Assembly (NCBI GenBank): GCA_964502805.1
Contig: CAZCYB010000006.1
Span: 19,734 to 83,733, forward strand
Length of the DNA: 64,000 nucleotides
Reading direction: 5' to 3'
Source: an uncultured Desulfocurvus sp.
GTDB lineage: Bacteria; Desulfobacterota; Desulfovibrionia; Desulfovibrionales; Desulfovibrionaceae
Shown here: positions 48,778-57,654 of the stretch, in pieces
Layout of the letters: each line of letters begins with the position of its first letter
Position numbering within the stretch: the stretch's first letter is position 1
Translations under genes and position numbers: made by a program
Notes under the pieces: model-generated
Seen by the model: the letters and a program-made list of their open reading frames with translations, nothing else
Told to the model about the DNA's origin: nothing
The model's database searches: none

Positions 48778-50487
48778 ATGCCCCCCCTCCATCAGCTCAT
48801 CGCGGACACCTGCCACCACTGGGAACTGCTTGAGGACCTCACGGGCCTGGTGGAGTACTGCTCGCCCTCCTGCGCCGCCGTCACCGGCTTTGCGCCGGAG
48901 CACTTTCTGAACCGCCAAAGCGCGCTCTCCCGCCTGGCGCACCCCACCAGCCGGGTGCCCCTGGAACACTTTCTGGCCGAGCTGCGCGGCGGGCCCCCGC
49001 ACATGCAGAAGAGCCTGGAGCTGCGCATCCTGCGCCAGGACGGCGCCACCCGCTGGGTGGTCTGCCACGCCCGGCGCGTGGTGGACGAGGACGGGGGCAT
49101 GCACCTGCGCGCCAGCGTGCGCGACATCACCCGCCGCAAGACCCTGGACCTGGAACTGGCCTCCTCGCGCCTCAAGGACCCCATCACCGGGCTGCACAAC
49201 CGCGCCTGGTGCATGGAGCAGCTGAACAGGCAGATGGAGCGCGCCCGCTCCGGCGGCAGCTTCGCCGTGGTCATGGTGGACATCGACCGGCTGAAGAAGG
49301 TCAACGACACCCTGGGCCCGGCCTACGGCGACGACATCATCCGCAAGGCCGCCGAGCGCATCGCCTCCACGGTGGCCCCGCCCGACGCCGTGGCCCGCAT
49401 CTCCGGCGACGGCTTCGCGCTCATCCTGCAGGACCGCACCCCGCGCGAGGTCATCAAGCACGTCAAGCGCATCCAGGCGGTGATGGCCGACCCCTTCGAC
49501 CTGCGCGGCCACGAGGTCACCATCACGGCCAGCGCGGGCATCGTCGTGGCTCCCAAGGCCGGAGACCGGCCCGAGGAGATCCTGCGCAACTGCAACATCG
49601 CGCTCAGGCGGGCCAAGGGCAACCGCCACCACCGCCACAAGGTCTTCCACTCCCGCATGTTCGAGGAGAGCTCGCGGCAGATGGAGATCGAGATCGACCT
49701 GACCTCGGGCCTGAAGAACCGGGAGTTCTTCCTGGTCTACCAGCCCATAGTCTGCCTGGAGACCAGGCGGCTCACCAGCCTGGAGGCCCTGCTGCGCTGG
49801 AACCACCCGCGCCACGGCCTCATGCGGCCCGACGAGTTCCTGCCCGTGGCCGAGGCCACGGACTTCATCGTGCCCCTGGGCGAGTGGGTGCTGGGCCAGG
49901 CCTGCGCGGACATGGTGGAGATCATGGCCGCCCACCCGGAGCTTGCCGACCTGTCCATGAGCGTGAACATCTCCGCCCGGCAGCTGGCCCAGCACGACAT
50001 CACCGACGTGGTGGCCCGCACCCTGCGCGAGACGCGCATGGACCCCACCCGGCTCAAGCTGGAGCTCACCGAGACCGTGGCCATGGAGAACCCGGCGCTC
50101 ACCGCCCAGCGGCTGCACGCCATCCGTTCCCTGGGCGTGCGCATCAGCATCGACGACTTCGGCACCGGCTACAGCTCGCTCTCCAGCCTGCAGAACTTCC
50201 CCATCGACACGATAAAGGTGGACAAGAGCTTCGTGGGCCGCATGGACTCCAGCGCCGAGCAGCGCAAGATCGTGCGCTCGGTGATCTCGCTGGCCCACAG
50301 CCTGAACCTGGACGTGGTGGCCGAGGGCATCGAGCTCAAGGAACAGTGGAGCATGCTCAAGGTGCTGGACTGCCAGAGCGGGCAGGGCTTCCTGTTCTCC
50401 CACCCCGTGGACGGCCCCACCCTGCGCGCCATGCTGGCCGAGAAGGCCGCGAGGCCCGACAAGGCCGGTCGCGCCTCCTCCCACTAG
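48778..50487 (+). CDS. PAS - degenerate GGDEF - EAL protein (predicted c-di-GMP phosphodiesterase)
   Basis: The GGDEF site reads SGDGF (49402-49416). The EAL domain looks intact: EALLRWNHP, DDFGTGYSSL, KVDKSFV, AEGIE and QGFLFSHP. Confidence 0.9.
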   Translation: MPPLHQLIADTCHHWELLEDLTGLVEYCSPSCAAVTGFAPEHFLNRQSALSRLAHPTSRVPLEHFLAELRGGPPHMQKSLELRILRQDGATRWVVCHARRVVDEDGGMHLRASVRDITRRKTLDLELASSRLKDPITGLHNRAWCMEQLNRQMERARSGGSFAVVMVDIDRLKKVNDTLGPAYGDDIIRKAAERIASTVAPPDAVARISGDGFALILQDRTPREVIKHVKRIQAVMADPFDLRGHEVTITASAGIVVAPKAGDRPEEILRNCNIALRRAKGNRHHRHKVFHSRMFEESSRQMEIEIDLTSGLKNREFFLVYQPIVCLETRRLTSLEALLRWNHPRHGLMRPDEFLPVAEATDFIVPLGEWVLGQACADMVEIMAAHPELADLSMSVNISARQLAQHDITDVVARTLRETRMDPTRLKLELTETVAMENPALTAQRLHAIRSLGVRISIDDFGTGYSSLSSLQNFPIDTIKVDKSFVGRMDSSAEQRKIVRSVISLAHSLNLDVVAEGIELKEQWSMLKVLDCQSGQGFLFSHPVDGPTLRAMLAEKAARPDKAGRASSH

Positions 50488-50505
50488 GCCCGGGGCCGCT
50501 TTCCG

Positions 50506-52491
50506 CTAGTCCCTGGGGAAGCCTTCCGCCAGGCGCAGGGCGTTGCCTCCGGCGTGCTTGGCCTCGTACATGGCCTGGTCCGCCCGGATGAGCAGGGTGT
50601 CCTGGTCCGCGCCGTTCTGCGGGTAGCAGGCCAGGCCCAGGGAGGCCCCCAGGAACATGGTGCCCCCGGCCACCTCCGGCTGGAACAGGGTCTCCAGGAT
50701 CTTGCGGGCCACGGGCAGCGCGTCCGTGGCGCGGAACAGGTCCGTGAGGATGATCACGAATTCGTCCCCGCCCAGCCGGGCCACGGTGTCGGAGTCGCGC
50801 ACGCAGGCGCGCAGGCGCATGGCCGTCTCCACCAGCACCCGGTCGCCGTGGGCGTGGCCGTGGGCGTCGTTCAGGCTCTTGAAGCGGTCCAGGTCCACGA
50901 ACACCAGCACCACGTGCATGCCCACCCGCTTGGCCCGGCGCAGGGCCTGGTCCAGCCGGTCGGCGAAGAGCTGGCGGTTGGGCAGCCCGGTCAAGGTGTC
51001 GTGCAGGGCCATGTGCCGCACGCGCTCCTCGCTGGCCTTGATCTGGGTGATGTCCTGGGCGTTCAACACCACCTTGCCGCCGTCCATGTGCGAGACCTTG
51101 AGTCGGCACCAGCGCTTTCCGCCGTCCTTGTGCACGTAGCTGAACACGCGCTCCGGCGAGCCGCTCTGCGCCATGTCGGCCAGCAGGCTGGCCACCAGCA
51201 CGTTGCGGTCCTCGCGGTCGGGCATGATGAACTCGGCCAGGGCGGCCAGGGAGGCGGCCTCCGCCACGGAGTAGCCGAACAGCCGCTCCATGCCCGGGTT
51301 CATGTAGGCGATGCTGCCGTCCATCCCGGCCACGGCGATGCCGTCGAAGGAGGTGGTGAGGATGGCCTCGCGCTCCTGGCCCTCGCGTTCCAGGCGCGCG
51401 TACAGGCCGGAGAGCTCCGTGGTCATGGAGTTGAAGGCCACGGCCAGGTTGCCCAGCTCGTCGCGGGTGAGCACCGGCGCCCGGGCCGAGAGGTCGCCGT
51501 CGGCCACGGCCATGGCCGCGCGGGTCACGCTCAGGATGGGCCTGGCCACCCGGCGCGAAAGCACCAGGGCCCCCGCCCCCAGGCATACGCCCGTGAGCCC
51601 GCCCACCAGCACGATGACCAGGGCCAGCCGCCGGGCCGGGGCGAAGGCCTCCTCCTGGCTCATCTCGGCCATGAGCGCCATCTGGTAGCTGGGCAGCCAG
51701 CGGTACACGCCCAGCACCGGCACTCCGGCGGCGTTGGAGTACTGCCCCTGGCCGCTTACCCCGGCCAGGGCCCGGGTGACGCCCTCGGTGGCGGCCTGGC
51801 GCCGCCCGCCGCCCTGGAGGAGCTGCTCGGACACCACCAGGGTGCGCGTGGTGTCCACCAGGTAGGTCTCGCCCGTCTGGCCCAGGCCCGCGCGGGAGCG
51901 GATGATCTGGTCGATGGGCTCCAGCCCCAGGTGCATGGCCACCACGGCCAGCAGGCGGCCTTGCGCGTCCTTCACGGGCATGCTGAGGGTCAGGATGGGC
52001 CGCAGGGACTCCGGCGAAGGGTACAGGCTCTGCACCGCCGGGCCCTGCCTGCCCTGGGCGTAGTAGCTGTAGATGGCGCGGTACTCGCCCACGTGGGTCG
52101 GTTCGGTGGAGGCCAGCACCCGCCCGCCCTCGGGCGACATGATGAGCACCTCCTGCACGTCGGGCTGGGTGGCCTTGAAGTGGCGGAGGTACCGGGAGAG
52201 GAACCGGGCCTCATGGGCAATGGTCCGGCCCGTGGCCGAGGCCGCGAGGTCGTCGGCCATGTACACGCTGAGGAAGCGCAGGTCGCGCAGGCGCTCCTCC
52301 AGCCACAGGGCGATGTCCGTCTCCTTCTGGCGGCTGGTGGTCTCCAGGCGGGCCAGCACGGCATCGCGCAGCAGGGCGCGCCCGGCCAGGTACGAGGCCG
52401 CGCCCACGCAGGCCGTGGCCAGAAGCGAGAACACCAGGTAGGTGCTGACCAGCCGGGCCACCAGACTTCTGCTCAGGGGGACCGTGCCCAT
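50506..52491 (-). CDS. Membrane Cache-like sensor - HAMP - PAS - GGDEF diguanylate cyclase
   Basis: 661 aa with two TM segments flanking a periplasmic region of about 250 aa. Has HAMP (DELGNLAVAFNSM), PAS, and an intact RLGGDEFVIIL motif. Confidence 0.9.
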   Translation of the reverse strand: MGTVPLSRSLVARLVSTYLVFSLLATACVGAASYLAGRALLRDAVLARLETTSRQKETDIALWLEERLRDLRFLSVYMADDLAASATGRTIAHEARFLSRYLRHFKATQPDVQEVLIMSPEGGRVLASTEPTHVGEYRAIYSYYAQGRQGPAVQSLYPSPESLRPILTLSMPVKDAQGRLLAVVAMHLGLEPIDQIIRSRAGLGQTGETYLVDTTRTLVVSEQLLQGGGRRQAATEGVTRALAGVSGQGQYSNAAGVPVLGVYRWLPSYQMALMAEMSQEEAFAPARRLALVIVLVGGLTGVCLGAGALVLSRRVARPILSVTRAAMAVADGDLSARAPVLTRDELGNLAVAFNSMTTELSGLYARLEREGQEREAILTTSFDGIAVAGMDGSIAYMNPGMERLFGYSVAEAASLAALAEFIMPDREDRNVLVASLLADMAQSGSPERVFSYVHKDGGKRWCRLKVSHMDGGKVVLNAQDITQIKASEERVRHMALHDTLTGLPNRQLFADRLDQALRRAKRVGMHVVLVFVDLDRFKSLNDAHGHAHGDRVLVETAMRLRACVRDSDTVARLGGDEFVIILTDLFRATDALPVARKILETLFQPEVAGGTMFLGASLGLACYPQNGADQDTLLIRADQAMYEAKHAGGNALRLAEGFPRD

Positions 52492-52499
52492 GGCGCCGC

Positions 52500-53714
52500 C
52501 TACTGTTGGCCCTGGTTGACGACCTTGAGCAGCTCCGTGCGCCCCCCCGCCACCTTGAGCACGTGGACGCTGCGGTCCGTGTCCCCGTTGGCCCGGAAGG
52601 AAATCCTGCCCGTGAGCCCCTCGAACCCGCGCAGGCCCAGCAGACCCTCGCGCAGGTCCCTGGGGGCCAGGCTCTGGGCCTTGCCCGCCGCGGCCAGGAT
52701 GAGCGCGAGGCTGTCCAGGGTGAGCACGGAGTCCTTGTCCAGGGGCTCGCCCAGCACGGCGGCGTAGCTGTCCAGCTCCGAGCGGGCCTTCTCGCCCAGG
52801 CCGCCGGGGAAGAAGTCCGCCGTGAACACGGCCCCCTCGGCCTCGGGGATGGTGTGCAGGCTGCGGTCGCCGTCCCAGGAGTCCGCGCCCATGAACACTC
52901 CGGAGAACCCGGCGGCGCGGGCCTGGACCACCTGCAGCTTCAGGTAGTGGGAGTAGTTGGGCAGGTAGAGCAGGCTGGCGCCGGAGGCGCGCACCCTCCC
53001 CATGGCTCCGGTGAAGTCCCTGGCGTCCGGTGGGTGGCCTTCGAAGAGCACCACGCGCCCGCCCAGGCTGGTGAAGAAGTCGCGGAAATACCCGGCCAGG
53101 CCTCGGCTGTAGGCGTCGCCCGCCTCGTACAGCACCGCCGCGGTGGCCAGGCGCATGTCCTTCACCGCGCAGCTGGCCATGGCCTGGGCCTGGTCCGTGT
53201 CCACCAGGCAGGCGCGGAAGACGTAGCCGCGCCCGCGCGTCACCTCCGGGCTGCTGGCCGTGGGGGTCAGCATCACCACCTGCGCGGCCTCGGCCACCGC
53301 GCCCACGGGGGTGGCCTCGCGGCTGTAGTAGGGGCCCACCATGGCCGCCACGCGGTCCACCTGGATGAGCCTGTTGGCCGCGTTCATCACCCGCTCGATC
53401 TGGTTGCCGGTGTCCTCCACGAACAGGCGCACCCTGGCCTTGCCCGAGGGGGTGTCCACCCCGCCCGCGGCGTTGATGCGGGAAATATACTGCTCCGCCG
53501 CGCGATGGGCGATGAAGCGGTCGGGCGTGTTCGTCAGGGGGATGAGCAGGCCGATGCGCAGCTCCTGCTCCTGGGGCTTGCGCTCGCAGCCCGGCAGCAG
53601 AAGCAGCCCCGCCAGCAGCAAGGCCGCAAGCCCCGCCACCAGCAGGGCCGCGCGCCCCCCGCGCGCCGCAAGCCGCCTGTCTCCGCTGGTGCTCATGCCC
53701 ATGCTCCTCTTCAC
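52500..53714 (-). CDS. LivK/Peripla_BP_6-type periplasmic solute-binding protein (paralog B)
   Basis: 404 aa with signal/TM segment ALLVAGLAALLLAGLLLLPGC. Fold-typical pattern: IGLLIPLT...YSRE...GASLLYLPNY. Confidence 0.85.
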   Translation of the reverse strand: MKRSMGMSTSGDRRLAARGGRAALLVAGLAALLLAGLLLLPGCERKPQEQELRIGLLIPLTNTPDRFIAHRAAEQYISRINAAGGVDTPSGKARVRLFVEDTGNQIERVMNAANRLIQVDRVAAMVGPYYSREATPVGAVAEAAQVVMLTPTASSPEVTRGRGYVFRACLVDTDQAQAMASCAVKDMRLATAAVLYEAGDAYSRGLAGYFRDFFTSLGGRVVLFEGHPPDARDFTGAMGRVRASGASLLYLPNYSHYLKLQVVQARAAGFSGVFMGADSWDGDRSLHTIPEAEGAVFTADFFPGGLGEKARSELDSYAAVLGEPLDKDSVLTLDSLALILAAAGKAQSLAPRDLREGLLGLRGFEGLTGRISFRANGDTDRSVHVLKVAGGRTELLKVVNQGQQ

Positions 53715-53716
53715 GC

Positions 53717-54943
53717 CTAGCGCCCGGCCACGGCTTCGGGGGTGATGGTCTCGACGTACTGCAGCCCGCGCGAGGAGACCTCCATGACCAGGGCGTCGCG
53801 CTCCGGCGTGCCGTCCTGGTACAGGGCGCGCCCGGCCACGCCGTGGAACTCGCGCACCTTGGCCAGCTCCTGGCGCAGGGCCTGGGCGTCCAGGGCGCGG
53901 GCGGTGCGGGCCGCCAGGAACGCCAGCGCGAAGGCGTCGTACACCAGGGCCTCCACCGAGGTGGGCTGCTGGCCGAAGGCCGCGGTGTAGCGCTCCAGAA
54001 ATTCCTTGGATTTGGCGCTCATGGGCGCGCCGGGCCGCCAGGGCACCAGGAAGCGGGCGCCGATGAGCTCGGGCGGCAGCTCCCCGGAGAGCATGTCCCA
54101 GCCGTCGGTGCCCACGATGCCGCCCTTGAAGCCCAGGGCGCGCGCCCGCCGCGCCTGTTCCGGCACCTCGGTGTGGTAGCCGGGCAGGAAGAGCACGTCG
54201 GGCCTGGCCTTGGCCACGGGCAGCAGGGCCTTGCCCAGGTCAAGCCCGTTGGAGACGTAGCCCGCATCAACCAGGACCTGCCCGCCCAGGGCGCGGAAGG
54301 CCCGCTCGAACTCGTCGGCCAGGCCGCTGGAGTAGATGTCCGTGCGGTTGAAGAACACCGCCGCCGTGGCCGCGCCGGAGTCGCGGCAGAGCCTGGCCAG
54401 GGCCTTGGCCTGGAAGGCGTCGGAGTAGGGGGTGCGGAACACGTGGGCGCGCCTGCCGACGAGGTCCGGGTGGGTGGCGCCGGGGCTGATGAAGGGCACG
54501 CGCAGTTCCTCGGCCAGGGCGGCCATGGGCAGGGCCTGGCGCGAGACCGGCCCGCCGATGATGACGCCGTTGCCCTCCGAGGCCGCCTGGCGCAGGGCCC
54601 GCAGGGCCGATTCCACGTCCTCGCCGTGGACGATGACCTGGAGTTCCAGCGGCGCGCGGCCCAGGGGCCGCTCCACGCCTCCGGCCGTCTCGGTGCGGAC
54701 CATCTGGGCCACGTTCTTGTAGGCCTGGCCAAGGCCCGCCAGCTCCGGGCCCTCGGACACCAGCAGGGCGACCTTGAGCCGTTCGGCCTTGGGCTCGGCG
54801 GGCTGGCCCGAGCATCCGGGCAGCACCAGCGCCAGCATCATCGCCAGCGCCAGCGCGAACACCGCCGACGCCGCCCCAGGCAGGCGGGGCGCCGCTGGCC
54901 CGGGGGCCGGGACGTGGTGTGGTGAACGCTCGCTCGCGGACAT
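53717..54943 (-). CDS. LivK/Peripla_BP_6-type periplasmic solute-binding protein (paralog A)
   Basis: 408 aa with a lipobox-like LVLPGCSG. Fold-typical pattern: VALLVSEG...FISPGATHP...DVLFLPGYH. The ATG is preceded by AAGGAG. Confidence 0.85.
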   Translation of the reverse strand: MSASERSPHHVPAPGPAAPRLPGAASAVFALALAMMLALVLPGCSGQPAEPKAERLKVALLVSEGPELAGLGQAYKNVAQMVRTETAGGVERPLGRAPLELQVIVHGEDVESALRALRQAASEGNGVIIGGPVSRQALPMAALAEELRVPFISPGATHPDLVGRRAHVFRTPYSDAFQAKALARLCRDSGAATAAVFFNRTDIYSSGLADEFERAFRALGGQVLVDAGYVSNGLDLGKALLPVAKARPDVLFLPGYHTEVPEQARRARALGFKGGIVGTDGWDMLSGELPPELIGARFLVPWRPGAPMSAKSKEFLERYTAAFGQQPTSVEALVYDAFALAFLAARTARALDAQALRQELAKVREFHGVAGRALYQDGTPERDALVMEVSSRGLQYVETITPEAVAGR

Positions 54944-55007
54944 GGCCGCACTCCTTGCCCCTCGGCCAATGGCCTTGCCGCCTGGCCGCCGGACGTTTCC
55001 GGGGGCT

Positions 55008-55035
55008 AATATAACACGCGCAGGCCAAAAAACAA
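55008..55035 (-). promoter_or_regulatory. Sigma70-type promoter candidate for the PBP-PBP-diguanylate cyclase operon
   Basis: Minus strand reads TTGTTT-N16-TATATT within a locally AT-rich island, about 65 nt upstream of the first PBP ATG. Confidence 0.35.
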
Positions 55036-55078
55036 GGAAATCCGAGTCAACGTACCGTGATTGGCACCCGCCGGGGCG

Positions 55079-56614
55079 TCAGGCCCTGCGCCAGGGCAAA
55101 CGCCTGGCCACCGCCTCCAGCAGCAGGCGCGCCTCCTCCAGGCCCAGCGCCCGCGCCAGGCCGAAGTACAGCCCCGCCCACACCGGGATGAGCAGGGCCC
55201 AGGCCCACTGTGTGCCCGCCGTGGCCCAGGCGCCAAGCCCGATGGCCAGGCTGGCCGCCGCGCACTTGAGCACCGGCCCGCGCTCCAGGGCCCACAGGCC
55301 CGTGCGGCGCTTGAGCAGCAGCGCCAACAGCCCCACGTTGACGAAGCTGGCCACGCTCACGGCCAGGGCCAGGCCGGCATGGGCCATGGAGCCCATGAGC
55401 CCCCAGCCCAGCAGAACGTTCACCGCCACGCACAGGGTGGCCACCATCACCGGGGTGCGCGTGTCCTCCAGGGCATAGAAGGCCCCCACCAGCGGCCGCA
55501 CCAGGGCGATGGCCGGCAGGCCCACCCCGTAGGCCACCAGGGCCGTGGCCGTGGCGCGCACCGCCTCCGGCCCGAAGGCACCGCGCCCGAACAATAGCCC
55601 GATGAGCGGCGCGGCCAGGGCGATCAAGCCCGCCATGGCCGGCAGGCTGATGAACAGCGACAGGCGCATGGACGAGCGGATGACCTGGCCGAATTCCTCG
55701 GTCTTGCCCTGGGCGCACAGGCGCGAAAGGCTGGGCAGGGCCGCCGTGCTCACCGCCAGGCCGAACACGCCCACCGGGAACTGCACCAGGCGGTCGGCGT
55801 AGTACAGGTACGAGATGCTGCCCACCGGCAGGAACGAGGCCAAAAGCGTGCCCAGGAGCAGGTTGATCTGGTACACCGCGCTGCCGAACACCGAGGGCAG
55901 CATGAGCCTGCCCATGCGCAGCACCGCCGGGTCCAGCCAGCGCCAGGGCCCGCGCCAGCGGAAGCCCAGCCGCGCCAGGTACGGCTGCTGGAACAGCCAC
56001 TGGCCCAGGCCCGAGGCCAGCACGCCCCAGGCCAGGCAGTAGGCCACGTTGAGTCCCAGGGCCCAGCCCGCCAGGCCGAACACAATGAATCCCACGTTGA
56101 GCAGGCACGGCGCGAAGGCCGGGGCGAAGAAATGGTCCAGCGCGTTCAGGATGCCCATGCACAGGCCCACGGCGCTGATGAAGATGATGAACGGAAAACA
56201 GATGCGCAGCAGGCTGGCCGTGGTCTCCAGGAGCTCCGGCTTGGCCCCGAAGCCCGGGGCGATGAGCGCCGTGAGCTCCGGCGCGAACGCAATGGCCAGG
56301 GCCGTGATCACCGCCAGGATGCTCACCAGCCAGGCCAGCACCGAGCGCGCCATCTCCCGGGCCCGCTCCTCGCCCTCCTCCTCCCGCACCCTGGAGAACG
56401 CCGGGATGAAGGCCATGGTCAGCGAGCCCTCGGCAAACAGGCTCCTGAGCAGGTTCGGGATCCGGAAGGCCACGAAGAACGCGTCCGCGAACAGCCCCGC
56501 GCCCAGCGTGAACGCCGTGATGAGGTCGCGCACGAAGCCCAGCACGCGCGAGACCAGCGTGGCGCCGCCCACCGTGGCCGCCCTGCGGGCAATCTGGCGC
56601 GATTCGACATTCAT
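55079..56614 (-). CDS. murJ: Lipid II flippase MurJ
   Basis: Contains ATLVSRVLGFVRDLITAFTLGAG...FFVAFRIPNLLRSLFAEGSL and is polytopic. The MNVESRQ start at 56614 is preferred; the track start is 56635. Confidence 0.92.
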   Translation of the reverse strand: MNVESRQIARRAATVGGATLVSRVLGFVRDLITAFTLGAGLFADAFFVAFRIPNLLRSLFAEGSLTMAFIPAFSRVREEEGEERAREMARSVLAWLVSILAVITALAIAFAPELTALIAPGFGAKPELLETTASLLRICFPFIIFISAVGLCMGILNALDHFFAPAFAPCLLNVGFIVFGLAGWALGLNVAYCLAWGVLASGLGQWLFQQPYLARLGFRWRGPWRWLDPAVLRMGRLMLPSVFGSAVYQINLLLGTLLASFLPVGSISYLYYADRLVQFPVGVFGLAVSTAALPSLSRLCAQGKTEEFGQVIRSSMRLSLFISLPAMAGLIALAAPLIGLLFGRGAFGPEAVRATATALVAYGVGLPAIALVRPLVGAFYALEDTRTPVMVATLCVAVNVLLGWGLMGSMAHAGLALAVSVASFVNVGLLALLLKRRTGLWALERGPVLKCAAASLAIGLGAWATAGTQWAWALLIPVWAGLYFGLARALGLEEARLLLEAVARRLPWRRA

Positions 56615-56656
56615 GTTGGCGGGAACATAGCCCATGCGCCTTGCGCTGTCACCGGG

Positions 56657-57652
56657 CTAGCGCAGTGAAAGAAGTGCGGTCGCCACGTCCTCGGGCAGGC
56701 GGATGGGCGCGCGGGGGATGCGGGCGAGGTCGAAGCCCGGCACGAGGTCGCGCGGGTGCAGGGGGCGCGCTTCGGGGACGAGCCCTGCCAGGGACGCCAG
56801 GTAGCCGGTGATGGCCCGGGGCGTGGCGCCCCGGTCGCGCAGCGCGGCCAGGGTGAGCGAGCCGTGGCGCTTGGCCAGGCGCTCGCCCTGGTGGTCCAGG
56901 ATGAGCGGCAGGTGGGCGTAGGCGGGGGCAGGCGCGTTGAAAAGATCGTAGAGCAGCATCTGGCGCGGGGTGCTGGCGAGGATGTCGTCGCCGCGCACCA
57001 CCTGGGTGACGCCCATGTGGATGTCGTCGATCACCACGGCCAGCTGGTAGGCCACCACCCCGTCGGAGCGGCGCAGGGCGAAGTCGCCGCCGCAGTCCGC
57101 GAGGGTGAAGCGCTGCGGCCCTGCCACGAGGTCCGTGAAGGCCACTTCGCCCGCCCCGCAGTCCAGGCGCAGGCAGGGGGTGCGGCCCTGGGCCAGCCTG
57201 CGGGCGCGCTCCTCCGGGGCCAGGAGGCGGCAGGTGCCGGGATAGACGGGCGAGCCGTCGCCCACAAGGGGGGCATGGGGCGCGCTGGCCAGCTCGCGCA
57301 GCTCCCTGCGCGTGCAGAAGCAGGGGTACACCCGCCCGGCGCGCTCCAGGGTGGCGATGGCCCCGGCGTAGGCGTCCAGCCGGGCGCTCTGCTCGTATGG
57401 GCCGCGCGGGCCGCCCAGGTCCGGGCCCTCGTCCCAGTCCAGGCCCAGCCATTTCAGGTCCCGGATGATGTCCTGGGCGTACTCCCGGCGCGAGCGGTCG
57501 GGGTCGATGTCCTCCATGCGCAGGACGATCCCGCCCCCGGCCGAGCGCGCCGCCAGCCAGGCCAGCAGGAAGGCCCAGGCGTTTCCCAGGTGCAGGTGCC
57601 CTGTGGGGCTGGGGGCCAGCCTGCCCCGGACTATTGGCGCGCTCGATTCCAT
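56657..57652 (-). CDS. gluQ: Glutamyl-Q tRNA(Asp) synthetase
   Basis: 331 aa with RLAPSPTGHLHLGNA and RMEDID. It is a truncated GluRS-like catalytic domain with no anticodon-binding domain. The start is 2 nt after the upstream stop. Confidence 0.88.
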   Translation of the reverse strand: MESSAPIVRGRLAPSPTGHLHLGNAWAFLLAWLAARSAGGGIVLRMEDIDPDRSRREYAQDIIRDLKWLGLDWDEGPDLGGPRGPYEQSARLDAYAGAIATLERAGRVYPCFCTRRELRELASAPHAPLVGDGSPVYPGTCRLLAPEERARRLAQGRTPCLRLDCGAGEVAFTDLVAGPQRFTLADCGGDFALRRSDGVVAYQLAVVIDDIHMGVTQVVRGDDILASTPRQMLLYDLFNAPAPAYAHLPLILDHQGERLAKRHGSLTLAALRDRGATPRAITGYLASLAGLVPEARPLHPRDLVPGFDLARIPRAPIRLPEDVATALLSLR

Positions 57653-57654
57653 GC

